A stretch of 64,000 bases of DNA from an uncultured Verrucomicrobiae bacterium (GTDB lineage Bacteria > Verrucomicrobiota > Verrucomicrobiia > Limisphaerales > JAFGQR01). The position numbers and the translations under genes were made by a program. The notes under the pieces are model-generated. The model was not told the origin of the DNA. It saw nothing but the letters and a program-made list of their open reading frames with translations, and searched no databases. The stretch is taken from assembly GCA_963788655.1 (NCBI GenBank), contig CAWBHS010000087.1:160001-224000 (forward strand), written 5' to 3'. Every line of letters begins with the position of its first letter. Within the stretch, counting starts at the first letter, position 1. Shown here one piece after another: positions 9,305-19,600 of the stretch.

Positions 9305-9931
9305 ATGGAAACAATGTTATCAGGAAGGAATGGGTATGGATTGGATCGGGGGGAAGCGCCGAGGAGTCTGCGCGTGGCGGTCGTGTATGAAAACTTGGCG
9401 GCGGGCCAGGAGGCGCGGGCGTTGGTGGACTACCTCATGACTGAATTGGCCAACGACTGTCGCTGGGTTCAGGGCGCCTGGCGCTTCGACCTCCTGGGGC
9501 TGGGGCCATTCGCGGCGGCCGCGGCGCGGGAAGTCAGCCAGGCGGAGATCCTCATTGTTGCCGCCCAGCAAGCCACGCTGCCCGAACCGGTCCTGCAATG
9601 GTTGGCGCAAGTGCTGCCGCGCTGCAAACCGGGGGCAATGTTGATCGGATTATTTGATCACCACGCCACCGCCACCAGCGCGGAGCTGCCAATCCAGTTC
9701 CAGCTCCAACAACTCGCCAGATCGCGCGGACTCGCCTACATTTCGCGAGCCCTCGAGATGAGTTCGACGGCGCCGCCACCGCCGCCGAAGGTCGAACTGG
9801 CGCCAACCGCCACCGCCGGAGCATCCCCAGCCTTGCCGACCTTGCCCTTGACCGGGCCCAGGGGGGAAGGGGTGGGCGGCTCCCATGAGGCCGACCGCCG
9901 GCTGCAGCGGTGGTGGAGCATCAACGAATAG
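9305..9931 (+). CDS. Hypothetical protein with degenerate receiver-like alpha/beta region and C-terminal WxINE motif
   Basis: LRVAVVYEN...WRFDLL...AEILIVAA...LPEPVLQWL...MLIGLF pattern, Pro/Ala-rich linker, ends WWSINE. Lies between two receiver-domain genes. Confidence 0.65.
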   Translation: METMLSGRNGYGLDRGEAPRSLRVAVVYENLAAGQEARALVDYLMTELANDCRWVQGAWRFDLLGLGPFAAAAAREVSQAEILIVAAQQATLPEPVLQWLAQVLPRCKPGAMLIGLFDHHATATSAELPIQFQLQQLARSRGLAYISRALEMSSTAPPPPPKVELAPTATAGASPALPTLPLTGPRGEGVGGSHEADRRLQRWWSINE

Positions 9932-10084
9932 GCGCTGGCGTTCGCCACTCGACGTTCGTCTAATGCAAGGAAACTGCCGTTTTCCACCTGTCCTCGCCAG
10001 CGGGCCGGCGTCGCGGTTCGGATCGTGTCCGGCCTCCGGCACGCTTTCACCATGAAGTGCCACATGTTTTAACGCCCACATCTT

Positions 10085-10492
10085 ATGAATGAAGCTGCTG
10101 TTTCGACTGTCGCCGCCAATCCTTCCCCTTCGTTGCGTCTCGCGCTGGTGGTGGATGACGACGTGATGGTCCGCCATTTTGTGGCCTTGTGTCTGCGGCA
10201 CGCACAGTATCAAGTGCTCGAGGCCGCTGACCCTTTGGAAGCCCAGCGACTGGTCTGCCAGAATCCGACAATTCACCTGGTCGTTACCGATTGCCAGATG
10301 CCCGAGATGAACGGGGCCGCGCTGGCTGAATGGTTTCAGACGACGTGGCCGCAAATCAAAGTCCTGCTCATGTCCGGCTCGCCAGGAATGGAGGCGTTGA
10401 TCCAGGAGGCCTTGTCCCCCGCCGCTTTCCTGGCCAAACCCTTTAACCGCGATCAATTGCTTCAGCAGGTGCGCACGCTTGAATTTGCTTAG
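10085..10492 (+). CDS. Single-domain (CheY-like) response regulator
   Basis: LVVDDD, VVTDCQMPEMNG, LLMSG, FLAKPF. Confidence 0.92.
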   Translation: MNEAAVSTVAANPSPSLRLALVVDDDVMVRHFVALCLRHAQYQVLEAADPLEAQRLVCQNPTIHLVVTDCQMPEMNGAALAEWFQTTWPQIKVLLMSGSPGMEALIQEALSPAAFLAKPFNRDQLLQQVRTLEFA

Positions 10493-10868
10493 CCGTATCA
10501 ATTCGGCTGGTGGTGGGGCGGGCTGCTGCGTCGCCCTGATTTTTTACCGACGTTTGGACCACGAACCTTCGGCAACCCGGCACGGTTTGGTGAGTGAGCC
10601 ATGGTCGATCCCTGACGCCAAAGTGCCTCAGTTGCCGGCGGAACGCGCAGTTCCGCCCGACCGCAATTGGGGCCAAAAGTCCAGCAATTCTCAATTTGGA
10701 GGCGAAGCGCCGGCTTGCAGCCGGCTTTGCCCTAAGAAACGGCGAGCATTGACCAATCTTCGGACGGCTTAAGCTGATTACAAATCGGCGCTCCGCCAAA
10801 ATGCGAATTGCCACGAAAGGTCGGGTTCCCTGGACAAAACCGGACCCGGCCTGTAAGGAGAGGGCCTG

Positions 10869-11387
10869 ATGATGAGATTGGGACAAGCTTTTAGTGTGTT
10901 CTTCCGCCTTCTGCGGGACGCGGCCTTTGCCGAACGGGTGGCGCAGGCCGAGCAATTGCCGGCGTCCGAGCCCGGCGCCAGCGCGGCTACACCACCGGCG
11001 CCTCCACGAAGCGACGCGCTGACCTTGCTGGGCGTGTTGCAGCGGGAGGGGCGGCTGGTGGATTTCTTGCAGGAACCTATCGCCACGTATTCCGACGCCC
11101 AAATCGGCGCCGCCGTGCGCGACGTCCACCGCGGTTGTCGGACGGCACTGGAGCGCCTGTTCGGGTTGGTCCCGGTGCTCGACCAGGCTGAAGGCGCGGA
11201 GGTGCGGGTGGAAAAGGGTTACGATCCGGGCCGCCTGCGCCTTACCGGACAGGTAACTGGCAGCCCACCGTACCAAGGCACATTGTTTCATCCGGGTTGG
11301 GCCGCGACCCGCTGTGAATTGCCGGAATGGACGGGCAGCGCCGCGACGGCGCTGGTGGTGGCACCTGCCGAAGTGGAAATCAAATGA
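10869..11387 (+). CDS. DUF2760-type protein with GrpE-like C-terminal motif
   Basis: RBS taaggag; LQREGRLVDFLQE, DAQIGAAVRDVHRGC, RLTGQVTGSPPYQGTLFHPGW, VVAPAEVEI. Family recalled from motifs and from its position ahead of Hsp70-like genes. Confidence 0.8.
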   Translation: MMRLGQAFSVFFRLLRDAAFAERVAQAEQLPASEPGASAATPPAPPRSDALTLLGVLQREGRLVDFLQEPIATYSDAQIGAAVRDVHRGCRTALERLFGLVPVLDQAEGAEVRVEKGYDPGRLRLTGQVTGSPPYQGTLFHPGWAATRCELPEWTGSAATALVVAPAEVEIK

Positions 11388-11475
11388 TGCCCGGTCGGTC
11401 TTCGTTGCCAACACCATTTCGAGCTTGTTTGCGGGACAGTTTGGATTATCACCCCAATGAGGACGCACAAGGTTC

Positions 11476-11528
11476 GGAGTTCCGCCTTCAGGCGGTCGGA
11501 CCGTCCTGCCGCCTAAAGGCGGAACTCC
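11476..11528. repeat. REP-like inverted doublet (GGAG type)
   Basis: ggagttccgccttcaggcgg ... ccgcctaaaggcggaactcc; each arm has an internal CCGCC/GGCGG hairpin. Confidence 0.8.
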
Positions 11529-11601
11529 CAACAGGAATTTTTAAACTATACCCTCCGCCGTTCGGTGTTTTACTGGCGAATAGGGAACCAAAGGATTTTT
11601 G

Positions 11602-13374
11602 ATGCCAGCCAAATTTTCAGTCGGTATTGATTTGGGAACCACGAACAACACCATCGCGTGCGTAGAACTCGGACGCGAGGACGCGCCGTTGCAAGTTCTC
11701 AACGTCCCACAACTCACCGCGGCGGCAACCGTCGAAGATCGGCCGTTGCTACCTTCGTTTATGTATCTGGGCACGCCGGAGGAAGTGGAGAAGAATGTTT
11801 TCAATTTGCCCTGGGGCAGTCCTCCGTACGCCATCGGCGAATGGGCCCGCCGGCAAGCCGCCGAGGTGCCGGCGCGCACCGTCTCCGGTGCCAAATCCTG
11901 GCTGGCCCACAGCCGGGTGGACCGACGCCAGCCCATCCTGCCTTGGAACGCGCCTGACGAGGTGCCGAAGATTTCTCCGGTCGAGGCCTCGCGTCGTTAC
12001 CTGGAACATTTGATGGCAGCTTGGGCAAAGCATTATCCCGACACGCCGATCCAGGAGCAACAGGTGGTGCTCACGGTGCCGGCATCCTTCGATGCCGCCG
12101 CTCGCGAACTGACCCGGGAAGCTGCTTTGCAAGCCGGCTTGCCGGAAGACTTGGTTCTACTCGAAGAACCGCAAGCCGCGTTCTATGCCTGGCTGGCCGA
12201 TCACGAGCAATCCTGGCGCAAGCTCGCTCAAGAAGGCGACGTGGTGCTGGTCTGCGACGTCGGCGGCGGCACGACCGATCTGACGTTGATTTCGGTGACG
12301 CAGGAGAACGGTGAGTTGTCGCTCAAGCGCCTGGCGGTGGGCGATCACATTCTCGTGGGTGGCGACAACATGGACCTCACGTTGGCCCATTTGGCGCAGG
12401 GTGTGTTTGCCGAAAAAGGGGTCAATCTGGATGCCTGGCAATCGGTCGCGCTTTGGCACGCGTGCCGGACGGCCAAGGAAGCGTTGCTGGCGTCCGACGG
12501 CCCGCAAAACCATCCGGTCACCGTTCTGGGCCGCGGCCGCAAGGTCATTGGCGGCAGCATCTCGGCGGACCTGACGCAGGACCAGGTGATGCAGACGTTG
12601 ACCGAAGGCTTCTTCCCGTTGGTTCCGTTCGAGGCGCGGCCGGCGCGACGGGCGGCTTCCGGCTTTCGCGAACTGGGCTTGCCCTTCGAATCGGACCCAG
12701 CCATCACGCGGCATCTGGCCAGTTTCCTCAATCGACAGGGCCGCACCCGCCCCACGCACCTGTTGTTCAACGGCGGCGTGTTCCGCGCGGACTTCTTTCG
12801 CCGACGACTGTTGGAGACGCTGGCGGGTTGGTTCGGCACCGGCGCGGCGCCGCAAATCCTCGCGGGCAACACCGATTTCGATTTGGCCGTGGCGCGCGGC
12901 GCGGCGTATTACGGACGCACCAAGCAAGTCGGCGGCATTCGCATCCGTGGCGGCGCACCGCGTTCGTATTACGTCGGCATCGAAACGGCCGGTCCCGCAG
13001 TTCCCGGTGCGGTCCGTCCCCTCCAGCAATTATGCGTGGTGCCCATGGGCATGGAAGAAGGCTCGTCGCTCGACATTCCCAGCGGCGAGATTGGACTCAT
13101 CACCGGGGAGCAATCGCAATTCCGGTTCTTCAATTCTTCCATGCGCAAAGATGCGCCGGGCACGTTGTTGAAAAGCTGGTCGCCGGAGGAGTTGGTGGAA
13201 ACCGATTCGCTGGTGGCCACGTTGCCGGCGGCGGGGGGTGCGGCCGGTGATTACGTGCCGGTGCGGTTCCAGGCCAAATTAACCGAACTGGGGGTGCTGG
13301 AGTTGTGGTGCGCGAGCACCGTTTCCGATGACCGCTGGAAACTGGAATTCAGTGTGCGTGAACCAGGGCAGTAA
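11602..13374 (+). CDS. Atypical Hsp70/DnaK-related ATPase (nucleotide-binding domain plus short beta domain, no lid)
   Basis: GIDLGTTN, AKSW, TVPASFD, LLEEPQAA, CDVGGGTTD, GGDNMD, LLFNGG, DLAVARGAA; ends WKLEFSVREPGQ. Confidence 0.9.
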   Translation: MPAKFSVGIDLGTTNNTIACVELGREDAPLQVLNVPQLTAAATVEDRPLLPSFMYLGTPEEVEKNVFNLPWGSPPYAIGEWARRQAAEVPARTVSGAKSWLAHSRVDRRQPILPWNAPDEVPKISPVEASRRYLEHLMAAWAKHYPDTPIQEQQVVLTVPASFDAAARELTREAALQAGLPEDLVLLEEPQAAFYAWLADHEQSWRKLAQEGDVVLVCDVGGGTTDLTLISVTQENGELSLKRLAVGDHILVGGDNMDLTLAHLAQGVFAEKGVNLDAWQSVALWHACRTAKEALLASDGPQNHPVTVLGRGRKVIGGSISADLTQDQVMQTLTEGFFPLVPFEARPARRAASGFRELGLPFESDPAITRHLASFLNRQGRTRPTHLLFNGGVFRADFFRRRLLETLAGWFGTGAAPQILAGNTDFDLAVARGAAYYGRTKQVGGIRIRGGAPRSYYVGIETAGPAVPGAVRPLQQLCVVPMGMEEGSSLDIPSGEIGLITGEQSQFRFFNSSMRKDAPGTLLKSWSPEELVETDSLVATLPAAGGAAGDYVPVRFQAKLTELGVLELWCASTVSDDRWKLEFSVREPGQ

Positions 13375-13392
13375 CGTGTTTTTTGGCAGACG

Positions 13393-16206
13393 ATGAAAGC
13401 CGTGAAACTTGAGCCTTCGGTCGAAGATCGTCCGGCCCGCTTCCTGGTCGGCATCGACTTGGGCACCACCAATTGTGCCGTGGCCTACGTGGACACCGCG
13501 CAGGCCGAACCGCACGTGCGCGACTTTCCGATCTCGCAAGTCGTGGCGCCCGATGAGGTCGAGGTGCGCGATGTGTTGCCGTCATTCAGCTACGCGCCGG
13601 CCTCGGAGGAATTTACCGTCAGCGCTTTGCCGAAGGCTAACGACCATGATGGCAAGTTTGTGGTCGGCTTCTTTGCGCGCGAACATGGGGCGCAAGTTCC
13701 GGGACGTTTGATTGCGTCCGCCAAATCCTGGTTGAGTCATCCGGGCGTGGACCGCACCGCCGCGTTGCTGCCGTGGCACGGGGCGCCGGATGTCGTCCGC
13801 GTTTCGCCAGTCGAAGCGAGCGCGCGCTACCTCGAGCACATTCGGCGGGCGTGGGAAAACGCTTTCCCCGGGCAACCGTTGGCGGAACAGGAGGTCACCG
13901 TCACCGTGCCGGCTTCCTTTGACGAAGTGGCGCGGACGCTGACTGTGCAAGCCGCCGAGCGGGCGGGACTGCCACACATTACGTTGCTGGAGGAACCCCA
14001 GGCGGCCTTTTACGCGTGGATGGCCGGTTGCGGAGCAGTGGCCGAGCAGGCGGTCCGACCGGGGCAACTCACTTTGATTTGCGACGTGGGCGGCGGGACC
14101 AGTGATTTCACGCTGATCGAAGCGCGGGCGGCAGAACAGGGCGGCGTCCGTTTTCATCGCGTGGCGGTGGGCGAACATCTCATCCTGGGCGGCGACAACA
14201 TGGACCTGGCCCTGGCGCACCACGTGGAATCGCGTTTGCCGGGCGGCGGACGATTGGATCCGCGGCGCTGGGGGTTGCTGGTGCAATCGTGCCGAACGGT
14301 CAAAGAGACGTTGTTGGCTCCCCAACCGCCGGATCGCTTGAGCGTTCATGTCGCCGGCGGCGCGCGATTGATTGGCGGCGCCCTTCAGGTGGAAGTCACG
14401 CGCGAGGAAGTTCAATCGGTGTTGCTGGATGGCTTCTTTCCGCGTGTGCCCCTGGAGGCCAAACCGGCGGTGCGATCCGGCTTCCAGGAATTCGGTTTGC
14501 CGTACGCCGCGGACGCCGCCATCACCCGGCACCTCGCGGCGTTTCTTACCCGGCACGCGACCAATCGGCGTCCCGACGAACCCGGCGCTCCGTTTCCAGA
14601 CCGGCTGCTGTTCAATGGCGGCGTCTTTGAATCGCCCCTCATCCGCGAACGTTTGCTGGCCGTGCTGGAAGACTGGCGGCAGACAGCCCAAGCCCCGGAC
14701 GGTCCGGCCCTTGAGGTATTGCCGAATGACCGTTTGGATTTAGCGGTGGCGCGAGGCTCCGCTTATGCCGCCCTGTTGCGGCGCCAGCACGGACGGCGCA
14801 TCGCGGCAGGATTGGCCCGGGCGTATTACGTCCAGGTCGGGCGCGAGGCGGCGAAGGAACCCGCGACGGTTTGCCTGGCGCCCGCGGGGTTGGAGGAAGG
14901 ACATCCGATTGTGCTGCCGCAGCGGTTTGCGTTGCGCATCCGACAGCCGGTCGAGTTTGCGCTCTTCAGTTCGAGCACCCGGTTGCAGGATCGCGCCGGC
15001 GACCTGGTGGCCGCGGACCCCGCCCAACTGACGCCGTTGCCGCCGGTCCGCACCGTGGTCAAGTCCGGACGTTCGAGCAAAGCCAGCACCGCCGAGGTGC
15101 AATTGCACGCGCGTCTCAGCGAGATTGGCACCCTCGACGTGCGGTGTGTGGAACCCGAAGGCCAGCGTTCGTGGAAACTGGAATTTGACGTGCGCGGTTC
15201 CAAGCGCGGCGTTCGGCGCGTGGCTGCGATTGGCGCGCCGATGGCAGACGGTGCCATCGAAGAAGCCACCGTCGAGGCGGCGCGGGATTTGGTCCTCCAG
15301 ACTTATCAAGCGGGCGACCGGGGAATAACGGCCGATCCCGCAAGACTGGTGAAGCAATTGGAAGAAGCGACCGCGTTGCCCCGCGACCAATGGCCGTTGC
15401 CTCTGTTGCGCGCTTTATGGGAAACGCTCCTCGAGGTTGAGCCCGGACGCCGTCTCAGCTTGCTGCACGAAACGCGCTGGCTGAACCTGCTGGGATTTAG
15501 CTTGCGGCCGGGCTATGGATTCACCGTCGATGACTGGCGCGTGCAGCAGACTTGGAAGTTGTTTTTTGTCGGCACCGTGTTTCCAAAAAATGAGCTTTGT
15601 CGCGCCGAATGGTTGATCCTCTGGCGGCGAATTGCGGGCGGACTCAGTGCCGGCCAACAGCGGGCGCTGGCCGAACCTTGCGCCAGCCTGTATCGGCCCA
15701 AAGGTGGTCGCAAGCTTCATCGTGGTCTGCATGAAACCGCAGAAACGTGGCGGCTGCTGGGCGCTCTGGAATTGCTGGGCGTCGAACTCAAGCTGGAGAT
15801 CGCCGAGCACCTCGCTCACCGGTTGGAACGTAAGCTCGAACCGCCCGTCCTCCAGGCTGCGTGGTGGGCCTTTGGACGGCTGGGCGCGCGGGTGTCCGCG
15901 TATGGCCCGCTAAACGCCCTGGTGCCGACGGAGACGGTTGAAGACTGGCTATCCCGCATTATTGCCCGTCCGCCAGCCCATGCGGAAGCCCTGTTCACTG
16001 CGGTGCAAATGGCCCGCGCGACCGGCGACCGCTATCGCGACATCGCGGAGGAAACGCGCGCCGCCGTGCTGGCGTGGTTACGACAACACGATGCGCCTGA
16101 GCATTATTTGCAGCTTGTCCGCGAGGGCGGGCAACTGGACCAGACAGAAGAGCAGCAAGCGTTCGGCGAAACCCTGCCGCCCGGATTGCATCTGGAGAAC
16201 GAGTGA
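13393..16206 (+). CDS. Atypical Hsp70/DnaK-related ATPase with long C-terminal helical extension (DUF3731-like)
   Basis: Same Hsp70 motif set as the upstream paralog through WKLEFDVR, then about 330 aa of Trp/Leu-rich, helical-looking sequence (WLNLLGFSLRPGYG...DDWRV...WRRIAGGL...GRLGAR). Confidence 0.9.
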   Translation: MKAVKLEPSVEDRPARFLVGIDLGTTNCAVAYVDTAQAEPHVRDFPISQVVAPDEVEVRDVLPSFSYAPASEEFTVSALPKANDHDGKFVVGFFAREHGAQVPGRLIASAKSWLSHPGVDRTAALLPWHGAPDVVRVSPVEASARYLEHIRRAWENAFPGQPLAEQEVTVTVPASFDEVARTLTVQAAERAGLPHITLLEEPQAAFYAWMAGCGAVAEQAVRPGQLTLICDVGGGTSDFTLIEARAAEQGGVRFHRVAVGEHLILGGDNMDLALAHHVESRLPGGGRLDPRRWGLLVQSCRTVKETLLAPQPPDRLSVHVAGGARLIGGALQVEVTREEVQSVLLDGFFPRVPLEAKPAVRSGFQEFGLPYAADAAITRHLAAFLTRHATNRRPDEPGAPFPDRLLFNGGVFESPLIRERLLAVLEDWRQTAQAPDGPALEVLPNDRLDLAVARGSAYAALLRRQHGRRIAAGLARAYYVQVGREAAKEPATVCLAPAGLEEGHPIVLPQRFALRIRQPVEFALFSSSTRLQDRAGDLVAADPAQLTPLPPVRTVVKSGRSSKASTAEVQLHARLSEIGTLDVRCVEPEGQRSWKLEFDVRGSKRGVRRVAAIGAPMADGAIEEATVEAARDLVLQTYQAGDRGITADPARLVKQLEEATALPRDQWPLPLLRALWETLLEVEPGRRLSLLHETRWLNLLGFSLRPGYGFTVDDWRVQQTWKLFFVGTVFPKNELCRAEWLILWRRIAGGLSAGQQRALAEPCASLYRPKGGRKLHRGLHETAETWRLLGALELLGVELKLEIAEHLAHRLERKLEPPVLQAAWWAFGRLGARVSAYGPLNALVPTETVEDWLSRIIARPPAHAEALFTAVQMARATGDRYRDIAEETRAAVLAWLRQHDAPEHYLQLVREGGQLDQTEEQQAFGETLPPGLHLENE

Positions 16207-16291
16207 GCAGGGATCGCGGACGAATCATACTTGCCACGGCTGGACGAAAAACTTTCGCTCTCGCCTGAGCCATATCTATGAAATGGTGGCT

Positions 16292-16439
16292 GGGGAGCGC
16301 GCCCGCCTCGGGCGCTGCCAATCGGCGCCCTCGCCAGTTGGCCCAGCGATTGAGCAATCACTGAAAAGTGAGCCAATCGGGGTGCTCGAAACTGGTTGGC
16401 GAGGCGCCAACCACAGCGCCCGAGGCGGGCGTGCTCCCC
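16292..16439. repeat. REP-like inverted doublet
   Basis: ggggagcgcgcccgcctcgggcgctg (16292-16317) and cagcgcccgaggcgggcgtgctcccc (16414-16439). Confidence 0.8.
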
Positions 16440-16613
16440 TGGTGATTGAATTGTTACGGTTGAGGAGGATTCTTCCTATATCGGCATTCGGCGCGCCAAG
16501 TTGGAGTTGAGGAATTAGGTTCCATAAGTTTTTTCAGGAGAGAGGGTTTTGGCTCGGTGGGTGCTATCCAACGGCCCGGGATTGAATCATCTGGTGCATC
16601 CCATGGAATACTT

Positions 16614-19600
16614 ATGAAAGGTAGCCTGATCTTCGTGCTGACCCTGGCATTGTTTGCCGATACGTACCTTGCTCCTGCACAGGTAACGAACCTTCTGGTG
16701 GAAGATAGTTTTGACGGTTTAGCGGGAACCCTTCCCGAAGCCGACAAGTTTGAATGGGGCGGCCAAATCGGCGCTGAACGGTTCCAGTCAACTCGCACTT
16801 TCCACCGATACGGCCAACCGATCCTGGGTGCTTTCCAAAGCCGGGGCGGCACACCGGGCGAGGGCCAAACGCTGGTTCTGCATATACGGGCTTACGCCTA
16901 CGCGGAGAATTGGAATCCAGGCGTGTATGGCGACAAACAACCGCGCGGCTTGCGGGTGGGAAGCGATGCGAACAACGCCATTGAATTCTACTCACTCTCC
17001 CGCACCAGCCTTGGCTTGCGCACGAGCAAAGACGGAATTGAATCCCTGGCGTCCTTCGCCCTGCCATCCGGGGTGGATTCGATGCATGATTACGAAATTT
17101 CCGTGACCACCACGTCGGTAAATTTTCGGGTGGATGGCGTGTTGGCGGGGACGTTAACTGATAACATCCCGACGGGGGTGCTGAACGCGCATGTTGCCAC
17201 CTATGACGGCGGCGCGGGGAACGTGCCCGTTACCCTGGACCGCCTCTCGCTGTTTCTCGCTGGCAGTCCGGTGGCAAAACCTCCGGCGATCAAAGGCTTT
17301 GCGCCAACGCACGGTGCGGTCGGGGCGAGCATCGCCATTACCGGCACAAATTTCAATGGCATCACCGCAGTTCGTGTTGGTGACGTGGAGGCCGCATTTG
17401 CCCACGACTCGGCGTCGCTGATCACTGCGGTGGTGCCGGCCACGGCGACCACGGGTTTGATCACCGTCGTTTCAACGAATGGCACCGCTGTCAGTTCAAG
17501 TAACTTCGTGGTGGACGTCCTGGATTTTACATACACGACCGACAACGATACTGTTACCATCACCGGCTACACTGGTTCCGGCGGGGCTGTGACCATCCCG
17601 AGGGCGATCAATGATTTGCCAGTCACTAGCATCGTGGGGTATTTCGGTCCGCAATGGCAAAACGTGACCGGCATCACGATTCCCGACACGGTCACCAACA
17701 TTGGAGATTATGCTTTTTATGGATGCACGACCCTGACCAACGTCGTCATCCCCGAGAGCGTGATCAGCCTGCGAGAGGCGGCGTTTGCCAACTGCAGCCG
17801 TCTGCCGGGCGTCACCATTCCCAACCATGTCACCAGTATCGGCGATAGTGCATTCCTTCGCTGTGTGAGCCTGACCAACGTCACGATCCCCGACAGTGTC
17901 GTGAGCCTTGGCTTCCAATCGTTCCAGGAATGCAGTGGCCTGGCTCAAATCACGTTCGGAACCAACCTGGCCAGTATCGGAAATGTGGCGTTCAATCAAT
18001 GCCCCCGTCTAACCACCGTGCTGATCCCTGCCAGCGTCACCAACCTCGGGAATTATGCGTTCATGTCGTGCTATAATCTGCGCGGATCCTTTTTCGAAGG
18101 CGACGCCCCCGCAGGGGCAGGGATGGCGTTCCTCAATGATAACCAGGCCACGGTTTACTACCTGCCAACGACGACGGGATGGAGCGCGAACTATGGCAGT
18201 CGCCCGACCACATTATGGCCGGCCCCGGTGATCACGAGTTTCTTGCCAACTATCGGAGCGGTCGGCACGAGCATCACCATCAACGGTACATACTTTACCA
18301 CCGTCACGGCCGTTCAGTTCAGCGGCGTGGTCGCAGCGTTTGCGGTTGTCTCGGACACACAGATTGTCGCCACGGTCCCGGGTAACGGGGTTTCCGGTTC
18401 GATCACCATTTCCAATCCCGGCGGGGCGGCTGTCGGTGCCACTCCGTTTATTGTTCCTACGCTCATCGCCACAAGCGATGAAGCGAGTCTGGATGCCGCC
18501 GTGTCGAACCATATCGGGGTCGGGCTTTTTACCTGCGATGGGACGATTGAAGTTTCGACGACCAAGGTGATTTCGTCGGACCTCACGCTGGATGCGGCCG
18601 GCCACCGCATCACGATCAGCGGCGGCAACGCCATGCGGGTGTTCAGTGTCGATCCTGGGGTTCATTTAAACTTACAAAACTTGACCATTGCCAACGGCCA
18701 GGGCACCTCGCTGGGCGGCGGAATTTACAATAACGGCGGCATCGTGACGCTCGTGGACTGCACCCTCACCAACAACACCGTCGTCGGCACGGCTGATGGA
18801 GGTCACAGTCTGGGCGGAGCTATCGGTAACACCAACGGATGGTTGGTCCTGAGCAATTGCACCTTCGCCTACAACCGCGCGGTCGGTGGCATCGGCTCTC
18901 CCGGGCCGACTGGCGGCGGGACCGGACGCAGTGGTGGCTACGGCCAGGGTGGGGCGATTGGTAATGCCGATGGCACGGTCGAGATGGTCAACTGCACCTT
19001 CGCTGGTAACCAGGCGATTGGAGGAGCCGGTGGGACTGGCGGACGCGGGGCCAATGGTTATCAATACTGGGTGTCAGTCCCGTGGCCGGGCACCGGATAT
19101 TACGCCACGGTCCCCGGCGGTCCGGGCGGGCACGGTGGCAACGGTGGCAACGGGGTTGGCGGCTCGTTGCGAAACAATGGCGGTACAATGACGATGGTCA
19201 ACGTGACTCTGGCCCGCGGTTCAGTGGTTGGGGGCACCGGCGGTTCACCGGGTGCTCCCGGCGATTTTGGCACTGGCAACTATGGGCCAGGAACTTCCGG
19301 CTACAACAGTTCGGGCGGCAACCTTAGTGTTGGTTCGGGAAGCGTAATATCGAAGAACACGATTATTGCTTATGGCAGCGGCAACTCCGGATACAATTGC
19401 TCGGGAACCATGGTTGATGACGGGAACAACCTCTGTTCGGATGCGACCGCCAATTTTTCCAAAGCCAGCAGCTTGAACAATGTGGACCCCCTCCTGGCGG
19501 CTGAGTTGGCGGCCAACGGCGGTTCGACCCTGACTCTCGCCCTTTTGAGTGCTAGCCCGGCCATCAATGCCGCTGACGATGCGGTGGCCCCAACTGCCGA

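Noticed and set aside
11602..16206. Calling the Hsp70-like genes dnaK, hscA or hscC
   Set aside because: They lack the DLLLD-type linker and canonical substrate-binding/lid sequence, and have no dnaJ, grpE-proper or isc context.
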